64,000 nucleotides of DNA from Candidatus Bathyarchaeia archaeon (GCA_049512075.1 JBEKXL010000001.1:1-64000); one strand, 5' to 3'. Shown: positions 18,464 through 28,578, counted from the stretch's first letter. A program made the numbers and translations. Notes: generated by a model from the letters alone, not told the origin.

Positions 18464-18736
18464 TTAGGCTTCTACAGTGAGTCCAGTTATTTCCTTGAAT
18501 ACTGGGTCCAGATTGTATCGTTCAGCCAGTCTTCGCGGGGTCGGCACAAAGCAGTCTCCGGCGTCTATGTCGGCTCTCACTAGACCCACTATGCAGCGTT
18601 CCAAGTATTGAGTTGCTGTTTCTCCGAGTGATTCTTCACTGTCTCGCAGAAGCTTCATTACGCTCTTGGGAATTTTCACGGATACTACTTCAAACTCGAT
18701 TTTGTCTTTACTTTTTGATTCCATGTTTTCTTTCAC
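18464..18736 (-). CDS. Small CopG/RHH-like protein
   Basis: EVVSVKIPKSVMKLL..TATQYLERCI. Confidence 0.6.
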   Translation of the reverse strand: MKENMESKSKDKIEFEVVSVKIPKSVMKLLRDSEESLGETATQYLERCIVGLVRADIDAGDCFVPTPRRLAERYNLDPVFKEITGLTVEA

Positions 18737-18862
18737 CTTTTAGGCATCCTAGTGTATTATACGACAGGGCATATATTTCTTTTGCACCATAGGTGAAACT
18801 ATAGGTGATGTATAGATACTATCCTGATGAAGGAAAACGAAAAGAAGGAATAGATACAGATT

Positions 18863-19343
18863 ATGCGAGGCTTGCATGGGATAATCGTTTATAGTATCTT
18901 GCCTCGACTAGCCGAGAAGCTAAAGCGAGAAGGATTGATTTCAGATTACGATCGTTAAGCAAGAAAAAATCGAGATTTCTAAGGCCTTTTCTAAAATCAG
19001 GATATATCCTGATCTTGTTCTTCACACGTCAAACGGAAGGAAGCTTCTGGTTGAAATAGCTAACCCAAGAGATCCCAAGAGATTCATAGGAGAACTGATT
19101 TATCCAAAAATGCTTCTTTGGCGTAAGAAGATCACGGCCGACATAGTTTTCGTCCTGAACCCACAAGAACAGGAAACACATAAGAGAAGTCTGTCTCAGA
19201 TACTTGTGTTAGATAGGTTCTTGCGCTTACCAAAAGGTTCTAGAACAGTCACATGGCCAGGTGAAGACGCGGCTTACAATATCCTGAAAGCCTTCATAAC
19301 ATCGATCCAGTCACGCGCATTGAAAAAAGAAAAGAAGGAATAG
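18863..19343 (+). pseudogene. Frameshifted PD-(D/E)xK-like nuclease
   Basis: MRGLHGII..LISDY, frameshift near 18952, then IYPDLVLHTSNGRKLLVEIANP continuing into track ORF 19110-19343. Confidence 0.55.
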
Positions 19344-19439
19344 ACCATGAAAGACAGAGAACCAAGCTTCACTTTAACCTTAGTCTCTCTCCATTTCTCA
19401 AGAATGTTGTATTGACAAACTGTTTTTAACCTTCAAAAC

Positions 19440-19775
19440 TTGCCTTTTCCATTGTGGCTATTCTTGCTTTCACCATGCGAAATCCAAAAGTTCTATTTGG
19501 ATTATCCTCTCAAATTGCCGAGCGTCTGGAATCTAAGCCGGAAGCATTTCCGCGTTTCGCTAAGTGAAGGCAGGTTTGTCAAGCTTAACCGTTTCGAGAA
19601 CCGCTTGAACGTCCATGATTTGAAGTTTTACTGTTGGAAGCTCAAACCCATGCACGTCTATTTTTCCGTTCTGAACTGGCTGTTTCCTGAGCGTGTCGGC
19701 AAGAAGTACAAGGTTCGGTACTGCGTGCCGCCAAATGGCGAGTTCGTCATCGATGTCGATGCCTATCTATCGATC
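19440..19775 (+). pseudogene. N-terminal fragment of an archaeo-eukaryotic primase (PriS/primpol-like)
   Basis: KFY..RKHFR..PMHVYFSVLNW..GEFVIDVD (AEP motif I DxD); motifs II and III absent; ORF continues to 19880 in unrelated-looking sequence. Confidence 0.7.
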
Positions 19776-19940
19776 GCGTTCTCTATCCCCGTGGAAAACG
19801 ATAAGACTGCCTTCCACTTTCTTAACGCGTGCCAATCCAGCCTTTATTACCTAGAGGTTTCTTCTATAATTAAACTCTAGATGCGTTTTTATTTCACCCC
19901 AAGATAAGTTCTAGATGCATATAAATCGAGATGAGAAAAA

Positions 19941-20747
19941 ATGAAGACAAAACACATAGTCATAGTGATACTGGCATTGCTGATGCTTTCAAGCGCTACG
20001 CTATTGGCAACCGTAAAGGCCCCCGCAACTTGGCCAAATTTGCCGTTAACAACGGTTCAACTTACAGTCGTTAACGGAACAACATCCTACTTCATATCCA
20101 CACTCAGCGGCGTTCCCGCAGGATTCGACGTTCACAACGGAGTCTACCCAGGCTGGTGCGTAGACCGCTCAGTAACAATGATTAGAAGCGTATCTCACAA
20201 CGTAAAACTATATTCCAGCCTACCCCCGACATCAGTCCTAAGCAGCATTAACTGGCGCGCAATCAACTACATCCTAAACCACAAACAAGGCAATATGATG
20301 GATGTTCAACAAGCAATATGGCACTTCACTGACGCGTTTTCACCAATCAGTGCAACTGCTCAAGCAATGGTCAACGCTGCAAACGCGAATCCGACTTATG
20401 ACCCAACCAGCGGTGCCATTCTAGCAGTAATATGCCTTCGACAGACCGACAGTGGTGTACAGAACTCTATCATAGAACTCGGCAGGTTGGCAGGGCTTTC
20501 GCCTGGATACTGGAAGCATAACGTCAACGTTTACAATGGTGGCCAAGGAAGCTACAGTGGAGATCCCCACATCACACCAGCGCAATTAGAGGCTTACGCG
20601 GCGTACATAGCGGCGAATTTCCATCCAGGCTTCACTCTCGCATGGGCCAACACAGAGTTCCAGAACAACGCATACAAAAACATGTGGCTGACTATTGCCA
20701 ACTGGTTCAACGCAGCAGCAGGCCGACTACCATACGCTGGAGACTAA
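19941..20747 (+). CDS. Secreted protein with thioester-domain (TED/TQXA)-like motifs
   Basis: Signal peptide; GWCVD, VQQAIWHFTD, GVQNSII; C-terminal SPGYWKHN domain; T-rich terminator-like tract at about 20771-20790. Confidence 0.7.
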   Translation: MKTKHIVIVILALLMLSSATLLATVKAPATWPNLPLTTVQLTVVNGTTSYFISTLSGVPAGFDVHNGVYPGWCVDRSVTMIRSVSHNVKLYSSLPPTSVLSSINWRAINYILNHKQGNMMDVQQAIWHFTDAFSPISATAQAMVNAANANPTYDPTSGAILAVICLRQTDSGVQNSIIELGRLAGLSPGYWKHNVNVYNGGQGSYSGDPHITPAQLEAYAAYIAANFHPGFTLAWANTEFQNNAYKNMWLTIANWFNAAAGRLPYAGD

Positions 20748-21138
20748 ATACAGCACAATCCAAACCAAACCCCTTTTTTTATTCTTCTTTCGGAATGAAT
20801 GTTCAGAAGTAACATAGTTTAAGCTATCAGCCCACGTGCTGGACTCTAACGGGTCGATGAAACCATGCACTAAGAACAGGGTGAGGGCAGCATAGTGAGG
20901 GTAACCACGATGACGCCTTCACAATCAATTCATTCAAGGTTAAGAGTATGCCAAAACAGAAGATAAGAAACGTGACCGAGTGTTCAGCCTGCCCTAAGAG
21001 TGGAACTCAATACTGTTGGACTGAGTGTTCACATAACATCTGGAACCCTAAAATTATTCAATCAAGATAGACCCTTTTGGCTCAAACTTATCTAGTCTTG
21101 AACATAGAACAGAAAAAAAGAGGGTTTTGTTTTGGAGG

Positions 21139-21688
21139 TCAGCTCTTGGTTATAGTTACTTCTGCGTTTAATTGTAAGAATGCAAAGAATGGGCCTGGGA
21201 TGTAGTAGAAGGTTAACCCGCCTAGGGTTGCTGTTGCCGAAGCGTCTCTTATAGGGCCGTTAATGATAACGTGGTAGGCTCCCGCAACATAATGATAATT
21301 CTGGTTCACGGCTGGACGGATTGCCTGCCACTGAGCAGTTAGCTGGGTGGGCACACCAAAATAGTCAACTGTCGTCGAAAGCGTTGCTAGGCCCATGCTC
21401 CACTTAAACTCGCCCATAGCCAAATAATTGTCAGCGAACCATATTTGACTGCCAGACGAATCAGTCACTATCGCGAGCATGATGGTTTCAAAGTTTGGAG
21501 TAAACTCGGTTCCCATGCTCGTGATAACGATTATGGTCATGTAGTAGCCGTGGTCAGGATTGTAGAGACTCCAGGCAACTGCCCCTTTTTCCAACAAAGT
21601 ACCCAGTGGTGGCTCCTGATGCGAAGATTGGAGTTGCCAGCATCAAAAAGGCGATGGCTAAAACTGGTATCAACAATTTCTTATTCAT
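21139..21688 (-). pseudogene. Secreted beta-rich protein with +1 frameshift after the signal peptide
   Basis: ATG at 21688 gives MNKKLLIPVLAIAFLMLATPIFASGATTGYFVGK; one extra base in AAAAAGGGG near 21590 separates it from GAVAWSLYNPDH. Confidence 0.65.
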
Positions 21689-21892
21689 TCTCATCTTTCT
21701 CCTCTATATTTGATGCACCATAAACCAGTGCATCCGTTGTATCAATAGTGCGACGAAGGAGATAACACTTCTGGAACGCTCTTCCATAGCGCACGCATAT
21801 ATGGTTAACGTAAACAAGTGTTGAACCGGAGCCACGTTTTTGAGTATGCCGTCGTTCTGCTCATGGAACAAGAAAAGGAAGAATAAGCGGCT

Positions 21893-22552
21893 CTATCTCT
21901 TCAACACGTCTTTTGGAGAGATCACTTCAACAGAGCCCTTTGGCGTGATTTCTCGTGCTATAATGCAATTAAACTTGTATATTTTCGTGCCCTGTCGAAG
22001 CCAATAGTCTGCAAGCAGACCGGCTTTGTTGCAGCATTGGCACAGGAATTCCTGTGCGTCCCATCCCCATTCGACGGGCACTTGGGGCAGTAGTAGTCCT
22101 TTGTAAATGCCTCTTTCAACGATGAGCCCGTCCTCTCCGACCGTGATTTCGGTGCAGTATTCTCTTGGGTTCTTCGCTTCTATCAGTCTTGGCGGCGTGA
22201 GCACGCTCACTTCGAAGACTACATGCTCAAGCTCGCCTAACGATAGCGGGGGAAAACGTGGGTCTTGAGTCGCCGCGTTCATTGCTGAGTCGATTACCGC
22301 TCGCGCCAAGGGCAAGGTCGGATAGGGGAAACCGATGCACCCTCTTAGTTCCTTTTCTCCCCCTGATATGCTGTTTATCGTGACGAAAACACCACAGGGC
22401 TGCAGGAGCTTTTCAGACAGGTTTTCTGGGACATCTATGCATTTTCTTGTTTTCAGGTATTGTTCAACGGCTTTGCGGGCGAGTTCGACGAGGAACGTTC
22501 CTTCTTCTGGGCTTAGTTGAAATGACAATCCTGTCTTCTCCGTTAATGGCAC
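21893..22552 (-). CDS. AMMECR1/AmmeMemoRadiSam protein A family
   Basis: GVFVT..LRGCIG..DPRF..EVSVLT..GLLLPQV. Confidence 0.93.
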   Translation of the reverse strand: MPLTEKTGLSFQLSPEEGTFLVELARKAVEQYLKTRKCIDVPENLSEKLLQPCGVFVTINSISGGEKELRGCIGFPYPTLPLARAVIDSAMNAATQDPRFPPLSLGELEHVVFEVSVLTPPRLIEAKNPREYCTEITVGEDGLIVERGIYKGLLLPQVPVEWGWDAQEFLCQCCNKAGLLADYWLRQGTKIYKFNCIIAREITPKGSVEVISPKDVLKR

Positions 22553-22598
22553 ATGCTACTGTGCATGACAACGTGTTTAAACGTTTTTAAAAAAGGGT

Positions 22599-23219
22599 CT
22601 AGAACTTTGTGGATTCTTCTTGTATCCCGTCTTTGGTTATTATCAGAAAATCCGTTCCGTCGCCGCTCATGATGTCCCTGCTTATCGCGGATTTCATAGC
22701 TTTGACGACCAGCTCTTTTGCTTCTTGAGCACTCATGTTGTCCTTGTATCCTTCTTCTACAACTCCTATGGCGAGTTCTGTTCCAGAGCCTACAACCGTA
22801 TATTTGTCAGGCAGCACTGAACCCAAGGGGTCAAGCGAGTAGAGTGACGGCCCTTCGTCATCTATTCCACCCACGATTGTCTGCGTGATAAGTGGACCCA
22901 GACGACGGTTAAAAAGCAGGTTTGACATCAGTTTCGCCGTCGACCTCACCGAGATAGGCCTGCCAGCGTCAAGGACAAACAGGTTCACGTAGGCCTCCAC
23001 TTCCCTTATGAGAACCTGCATGTCTGAAACCAGTCCAGCGCACGCTGCGCCGATCAGATCCGTTATTTTGAAGACTTTCTTGCCGGTCTTGCTGACGACA
23101 AGGTAACCGTACGAGACACGTTTCTCAGATGCCAAAATGACGCCGTCTTTGAACGTTACGCCTATAGTCGTCGCTCCGGGAATGAACATGTAACCGTCCT
23201 GTTGCGATTGCTTTTCCAT
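22599..23219 (-). CDS. psmB: Proteasome beta subunit, probably non-catalytic type
   Basis: PGATTIG..ASEKRVS..AGLVSD..GSG..RDIMSGDG. Confidence 0.93.
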   Translation of the reverse strand: MEKQSQQDGYMFIPGATTIGVTFKDGVILASEKRVSYGYLVVSKTGKKVFKITDLIGAACAGLVSDMQVLIREVEAYVNLFVLDAGRPISVRSTAKLMSNLLFNRRLGPLITQTIVGGIDDEGPSLYSLDPLGSVLPDKYTVVGSGTELAIGVVEEGYKDNMSAQEAKELVVKAMKSAISRDIMSGDGTDFLIITKDGIQEESTKF

Positions 23220-23495
23220 GTTAGACGCCTTTATCGCTTTTATGCACGGACGACCTATTAAACTTAATGATGAAATGATGGATACTTCTCCAGCGGGAGT
23301 TTCCCTTCACGCGCGCGCCTTCGTTCTGACACTGGAGATAGTTGTGGGACATGAAATCATGGCAAGGAAAGGAGAACACTTGAAACTGGTTCGGAATGTG
23401 TAGCCTTACAGGCATAGAGAAAGTTCATCTTTAACTTCCCCAGCGGTTCCTTGTTTTTGCATTCCACTAGGTCCAGCATTCGCGGGTTCTTCAGT

Positions 23496-23921
23496 CTAGA
23501 TTGTCCTCTTCCTGAAGATTCTGCGCGTTTCGTAGATGCTCAGCATTAGTGCGGCACCGGTTCCTAGCAATGCGAACGTGTAATACCTTGAAACTGAGTC
23601 TGGTCTGAAAAGTGTCAGCTGGAACACCAGCATTGCGGCGAAGAACAAAGCATGAAAGAACTGTCTGGGAACAAGGACACCCCTTAACCTGACTGAATCG
23701 TGCATCACGACACGGTCAGGCACGTATCCTTCCCCAGGGTCTTCTCCACCAGCCCAACCTCTTCCAACTTGTTCAGGTGGTAGAAAGCAAGCCTAGGACT
23801 GCTGAGGTTTTAGGGAGTTTTGCACTTCTCTAATCCCAGTGGGCTTATCGTTCTTCAACACGTACCTGTAGACTTGCAGCGTTACTCCCCTCAACACGTC
23901 CTCGCTATTGTTGAGTTTCAT
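23496..23921 (-). pseudogene. Membrane-anchored winged-helix regulator with two frameshifts (paralog of 26437-26889)
   Basis: DVLRGVTLQVYRY..GIREVQ / LSSPRLAFYHLNKLEEVGLV / GYVPDRV..VPRQFF across frames; indels in an A4 and a G4 run. Confidence 0.8.
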
Positions 23922-24163
23922 TTTTCCCCACAGAAAACACTGGTCTTCTACGTATTCTTCGCTTTCTACGTATAACTTCGTTATACGACTGAAGCGTATG
24001 GAGACAGTATGGAAACATGTCTGCAACAACCCTAGTGCAAAGGCGTTCTATTAAGAAAACCTTGATGAGTAAGGCGAAATGGCTACAAAGACAACCTATT
24101 TGCCAAATAGGCAACCTATTAAGCTCAATGCCCTAAGAATATCTGGGAAGAGGGCAAGTTGAA

Positions 24164-24760
24164 ATGGTGACGATTCACGCGCAAAAAGCTGGAGACGTCT
24201 GGTTCGGCGTCGCTTTCGACGGTGAGCGAATCTTTGCCACCGGGTTTGGCTCCAGTGAGAAGAGCGTTCTGCAGAGCCTAAGGGAGGGTGCTCCGCCGAA
24301 TGTTCCGTTTCAACGCTTGGAGGAAGCCTCAGCGTTTGCCGAGCGTGTCATTGGTGTTTTGAAAGATGTTTACGATGGAAAAGATGCTTCCGAGAATTTT
24401 CATTTCGAAACTGGGCGTTTGTCCGACTACTCTAGAAGAGTTATCGAAGCCGTTTGTTTGATTCCGCCAGGTTACGTTGCTTCCTATGGAGGAGTTGCCC
24501 ATGCTACGGGTGGAAGCCCGAGGGCCGTTGGACGCGTTATGGCTTTAAACCCTTTTGCGCCACTTTGCCCGTGTCACAGAGTCGTAGCTTCAGATTTCAC
24601 ACTTTGCGGTTACGGTGGAGGCTTAGACGTGAAACTGGAATTCTTGAAGCGGGAACGTAGAGGCTACTCTACCAAGAAGCATATCAAGGTGAGCAGCGGC
24701 AAGCTGGAACTGTTTCCTGTCGAGTTTGTGCTCGACAGAGCAGAGAAGGGCAAACGTTAA
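24164..24760 (+). CDS. ogt: O6-methylguanine-DNA methyltransferase
   Basis: IPPGYVASYG..RAVG..NP..PCHRVV. Confidence 0.92.
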   Translation: MVTIHAQKAGDVWFGVAFDGERIFATGFGSSEKSVLQSLREGAPPNVPFQRLEEASAFAERVIGVLKDVYDGKDASENFHFETGRLSDYSRRVIEAVCLIPPGYVASYGGVAHATGGSPRAVGRVMALNPFAPLCPCHRVVASDFTLCGYGGGLDVKLEFLKRERRGYSTKKHIKVSSGKLELFPVEFVLDRAEKGKR

Positions 24761-24802
24761 TTGAGCTTGGACTCGTTGTGACTACGTTGCTGGTGGCGTT
24801 CA

Positions 24803-25327
24803 ATGGTTAAGCGCGGATTGTATGTTGGAAGGTTTCAGCCTTTTCACATGGGCCACCTCAGCGCGGTGAAAGCGGTTTTGGAGGACGTTGATGAGCTTGT
24901 TATCGTCGTTGGCAGTGCTCAGTACAGTCATACAATGGCTAATCCGTTCACCGCCGGTGAGAGGTTGGTGATGGTCCGTTTAGCCTTGGAAGAGGCTGGT
25001 CTGGATAGCAGTCGGGTCTGGGTTGTGCCCGTGCCTGACGTGCACCTGCACATGCTGTGGGTTTCGGCGCTGGAGGGATACACTCCCAAGTTTGACCTCG
25101 TGTACTCTAACGAGCCTTTAACGCGAAGGCTTTTCACGGAAGCTGGATACAAAGTGAAGGAAATTCGGTTTTTCGAGAGGAAAGTCTACTCTTCAACCGA
25201 CATCCGGGCGAAGATGGTTAAGGGTGAAGACTGGAAGAACCTCGTCCCGAAGAGCGTTGCCGCTTTCATAATAGAGATAGACGGCGTCAACAGGCTCAGC
25301 GATTTGACAAAGAGCGACAAAGCTTAG
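24803..25327 (+). CDS. nadM: Nicotinamide-nucleotide adenylyltransferase
   Basis: GRFQPFHMGH, NPFTAGER and SSTDIR motifs. Confidence 0.93.
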   Translation: MVKRGLYVGRFQPFHMGHLSAVKAVLEDVDELVIVVGSAQYSHTMANPFTAGERLVMVRLALEEAGLDSSRVWVVPVPDVHLHMLWVSALEGYTPKFDLVYSNEPLTRRLFTEAGYKVKEIRFFERKVYSSTDIRAKMVKGEDWKNLVPKSVAAFIIEIDGVNRLSDLTKSDKA

Positions 25328-25456
25328 GACAGGCATGCACCTGTGACTTCAAAACAAAAGACGTGTAGCTGATCGTGACGAAAACCGCTGAAAACAAGCA
25401 CAGAAGACATTCGAGGAAGACTGCGGACGTGCCATGCCGATTAACGCGCGCGCTGT

Positions 25457-26257
25457 TTAGTCAGAGCGCGTCAGCACAACCTTGTCTTCGACTCGCACTT
25501 TGAAAGTGCTCGCAGCATCGCCCTGATTCACAGAGATTTCGAGGAAATTATGGCTTCCGATGATGGCTAACGGCTGCCGCTTTTCGACATCACCATAAGC
25601 CATGCACAGCATCAACGTTAACTCAGTGTTACCAACTTTGACGTTCAGCTTGTCTTTGGTTTTCATTGTCTTAAGCTCTTTTTCTGTGAAACTTGTGACT
25701 ATGTTTCCGAAATCGTCTATGTGAATCACTTGACCTTCTAACGCGTCTCTTCTTCTGATTATCTGCGCAAATTTCGGCGATAACATTTGGTGAATCTCTG
25801 GTCCGAATTCAGCCGGACGTATACCCTTCACTAGGTGAGCTGCTGCTGGCGCGAAGATGTCTCTCCCATGAAAAGTGCTGGAGACTTTTGGCAACATGAA
25901 TTCGCTGTTGGTCATGCTGTAGACGCGCGTCTTGCCGCCGATGTTTTTCACGGCCAGAGCCAACACACCGTTGTCGGGTCCAACAAAGAAACCTTTGTCT
26001 GTCTGCACGATTATAGGTCGCCTTCTCGTTCCCACGCCAGGATCCACGACAGCCACGTGAACGGTGCCCTCTGGAAAGCGAGGGGACGCCGAGGCCAAGA
26101 CATAAGCGCCCATCCTAACGTTAAACTTATCGATTTGATGAGTTATGTCAACAACCGTTGCGTTCGGGCTTATGCTCAGAATCACTGCTTTCATCTCGGC
26201 TGCGTAGGAGTCTCTTAATCCAAAATCCGTCGTCAAAGTGACCAGTGGGCAACCCAT
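25457..26257 (-). CDS. SAM hydroxide adenosyltransferase (DUF62, chlorinase/fluorinase family)
   Basis: LTTDFG, VVDPGVG, GPDNG, STFHGRDIF and DDFGN motifs. Confidence 0.93.
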   Translation of the reverse strand: MGCPLVTLTTDFGLRDSYAAEMKAVILSISPNATVVDITHQIDKFNVRMGAYVLASASPRFPEGTVHVAVVDPGVGTRRRPIIVQTDKGFFVGPDNGVLALAVKNIGGKTRVYSMTNSEFMLPKVSSTFHGRDIFAPAAAHLVKGIRPAEFGPEIHQMLSPKFAQIIRRRDALEGQVIHIDDFGNIVTSFTEKELKTMKTKDKLNVKVGNTELTLMLCMAYGDVEKRQPLAIIGSHNFLEISVNQGDAASTFKVRVEDKVVLTRSD

Positions 26258-26436
26258 GCCACTCTCTCTGTAAACAGCACATTAATTAGATTTCCACGAT
26301 TCGCGAGAGCTGATGTTTCAGGATGCCCCATTCTCAAGAACAGAATTATCGCATTCATAATGGCCTTCAACGGTACACCCTTGCCGGAAACTTTTGAAGC
26401 AGTCGGCGATAGATATGATCAACCACCTCAGGGTTT

Positions 26437-26889
26437 CTACGACACTTCTTGAGAAAACACTTTGACCGTTTCATAAACCGATGTCGCTGCCGCGATGCTA
26501 ATCACTGCCAACGAAAATACGTATTCCCTCGTTATTATGGGCGGTCTGAGAAAAACTGCGAGCATAATCAGGGACGTTACAAGGAATATCATGTAGAAGA
26601 AATTCCTCGGTATGAGGATTCTTCTGAAACGGATAAGGTTCTCGAGGATTACTCTGTCCGCAGTGTACCCGTTCGATTCTTTCTTGATGAGTCCCGCTTC
26701 TTCAAGCTTGTTCATGTGGTAAAGCGCGAGCGTGGGACTGCTCAGGTCTAGTGCCCTTTGAACCTCACGAATTCCGACTGGTCTGTCGCTCCTAAGAACG
26801 AACTTGTAGACCTTTAATGTGAGCCCTCTAAGAACGTCTTTCTTTTCACTCACGGCTTTCCAGTCTCCATATGAAAAGAACTGCTTCAT
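26437..26889 (-). CDS. Winged-helix regulator with two C-terminal TM helices (start may be GTG 26853)
   Basis: GIREVQRALDLSSPTLALYHMNKLEEAGLI plus hydrophobic C-terminus. Confidence 0.85.
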   Translation of the reverse strand: MKQFFSYGDWKAVSEKKDVLRGLTLKVYKFVLRSDRPVGIREVQRALDLSSPTLALYHMNKLEEAGLIKKESNGYTADRVILENLIRFRRILIPRNFFYMIFLVTSLIMLAVFLRPPIITREYVFSLAVISIAAATSVYETVKVFSQEVS

Positions 26890-26983
26890 TTTATTTGGCT
26901 ATTGCTGTTCAAATCGCTTGTACACCCGTACAAAAACGTAGAATTAAATCGTTCACCGACAATACATTATCTTGGTGGCGTAG

Positions 26984-27784
26984 GTGAACGCAAAGAAAGA
27001 ACTGTTGGCGACATCACTGCTTGCAATAGCTCTTGCTGTAGGGCTCGGAACATTGAGTTTCGGCCTTTTTTCTGAGGCTCCTCCTAACGTTCAAATCGGC
27101 GTTTCTGCCAAGAAGAACGGGGCGACCAGCCTCTCCTTTCTCCCTCAAGACCAAGTCCTTCTCGAGGCGCAAGTATCAAGCAACAACGCCTCAGTAGCTG
27201 GCGCCCCAGTTACTTTCGAAGTTGAATCGCCGAACGGCACGGACTTTCTCGTGCTTACAGCCAATACTGATAGCCTTGGAACAGCAAACGTCACCTTCCA
27301 GATACCTTGGCCCATAATCCTTTCTCCCCAAACCACATGGGAACTAGGCACCTGGCAAGCACAAGCCACGATTCAAATATATGGACAAACGCAAAACGCC
27401 TCAACAAACTTCAACTGCGAAACCGTCGCTCCAACAATAGACATGTATACAAACAAAGGAGGACATGGACCCAACACTACGGGAGGAACCTTCACAACCA
27501 ACGAAACCGTGAGAGTATACATCGAAACCAGAAACGAATTGAACAAGACAGCGTCTAGCCAGCTCATAGGCTTTCAAGAATCCGTCTGGGGAGGAGGCAG
27601 CAATTTCAACCCAATCGCAACACCAATTACAAACGCCTCTGGAATCGCGACGCTAGGCTTCAATCCAACAATACCTGACACCGCCGCCAAATACATGTGC
27701 ATCGCGACATGGACCACCGTTTTCAACTTCGAGGATATCAATGTGACCGACGCCATGACTTTCACCGTGCAACTTGGTCCTTGA
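26984..27784 (+). CDS. Secreted/membrane-anchored protein with two Ig-like repeats
   Basis: N-terminal hydrophobic helix; TDSLGTANVTF and TNASGIATLGF repeats; many NxT/S sequons. Confidence 0.75.
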   Translation: MNAKKELLATSLLAIALAVGLGTLSFGLFSEAPPNVQIGVSAKKNGATSLSFLPQDQVLLEAQVSSNNASVAGAPVTFEVESPNGTDFLVLTANTDSLGTANVTFQIPWPIILSPQTTWELGTWQAQATIQIYGQTQNASTNFNCETVAPTIDMYTNKGGHGPNTTGGTFTTNETVRVYIETRNELNKTASSQLIGFQESVWGGGSNFNPIATPITNASGIATLGFNPTIPDTAAKYMCIATWTTVFNFEDINVTDAMTFTVQLGP

Positions 27785-27789
27785 CTCGG

Positions 27790-28572
27790 CTAGCCTTCTT
27801 GTTCCAGGCACCTTTTGCCTTTGCACGCGTTCATGAAGATACAGTCTCTGAACGGCATCATCATTTCTTCTGAAGCATGTACATTATCGTCGAAATCTAC
27901 AGGAGCATCTTTGATGAGGACAACCGGAGTCTTCTCTGCAGCCTCGCCCATCAACAAATGAGCCGCAGAAGCCAAATCATCCGCCACTGCATGCCTAGTA
28001 ATCAGTATAGTCCTTCCGTACAAGTCCTTTCTCCCTCTCCATTCCCTTATCGGATTGAAGCCTGCAACCGCCAAAGCTAATCCAACGGTGCCTATCCGAA
28101 GGGGAATCAATCCACTATCAACAACAATCACAGCGACCCGCTTACCCGTCCTGCGGTTGATTTCACCCCTGAAAAACCTCAACCATTCAACAAGGTTCTC
28201 AGGCCACAGCACAGCCGAACCAACAGGCGCGTTCTTGCTGTCTATGCCAGCATTTGGTGTGATAACACTGTCTTTAAGCGTTAGGACAGCCTTTTTAACA
28301 CCACCGTAGACCTCTCCAGCTTCAAGGAGAACAAGCTCGGCAAATCCGGGCTCCAGTGAATATTTTTTCGCCAGTCTCCTCGCCTTTTCTGACGGTTTGA
28401 CCTCGCTCAGTTTCACAACACGACCTTGAGCGCAGGACACGATTTTTGAAGCCAATGCCAATACGTCATTGTTTTCAACCTCAAGCTGTTGTTTTCCCAA
28501 GGCTTCATGAACTAGTTCAGCCAAATCATCGCCAGGTCTTACAATGCGCGTCCTTACAGGGTACAGTTGCAT
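27790..28572 (-). CDS. cofE: Coenzyme F420-0:gamma-glutamyl ligase family
   Basis: PGDDL, SKIVS, PNAGIDSKN, DLYGR and DDLASAAHLLMGE motifs. Confidence 0.85.
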   Translation of the reverse strand: MQLYPVRTRIVRPGDDLAELVHEALGKQQLEVENNDVLALASKIVSCAQGRVVKLSEVKPSEKARRLAKKYSLEPGFAELVLLEAGEVYGGVKKAVLTLKDSVITPNAGIDSKNAPVGSAVLWPENLVEWLRFFRGEINRRTGKRVAVIVVDSGLIPLRIGTVGLALAVAGFNPIREWRGRKDLYGRTILITRHAVADDLASAAHLLMGEAAEKTPVVLIKDAPVDFDDNVHASEEMMMPFRDCIFMNACKGKRCLEQEG

Positions 28573-28578
28573 GTACTT

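Noticed and set aside
19873-19920. Direct repeat TCTAGATGC twice upstream of the TED-like gene
   Set aside because: Only two 9-mers; could be an operator but cannot be separated from chance.
20829-20852. Reverse strand GTTAGAGTCCAGCACGTGGGC, faintly like a tRNA 3' half or att site
   Set aside because: Too degenerate and no partner repeat seen in the window.
20975-21050. Two GAGTGTTCA...TGGAAC units suggesting a mini-array or operator
   Set aside because: Only two copies with unequal spacing; not CRISPR-like and no cas genes.
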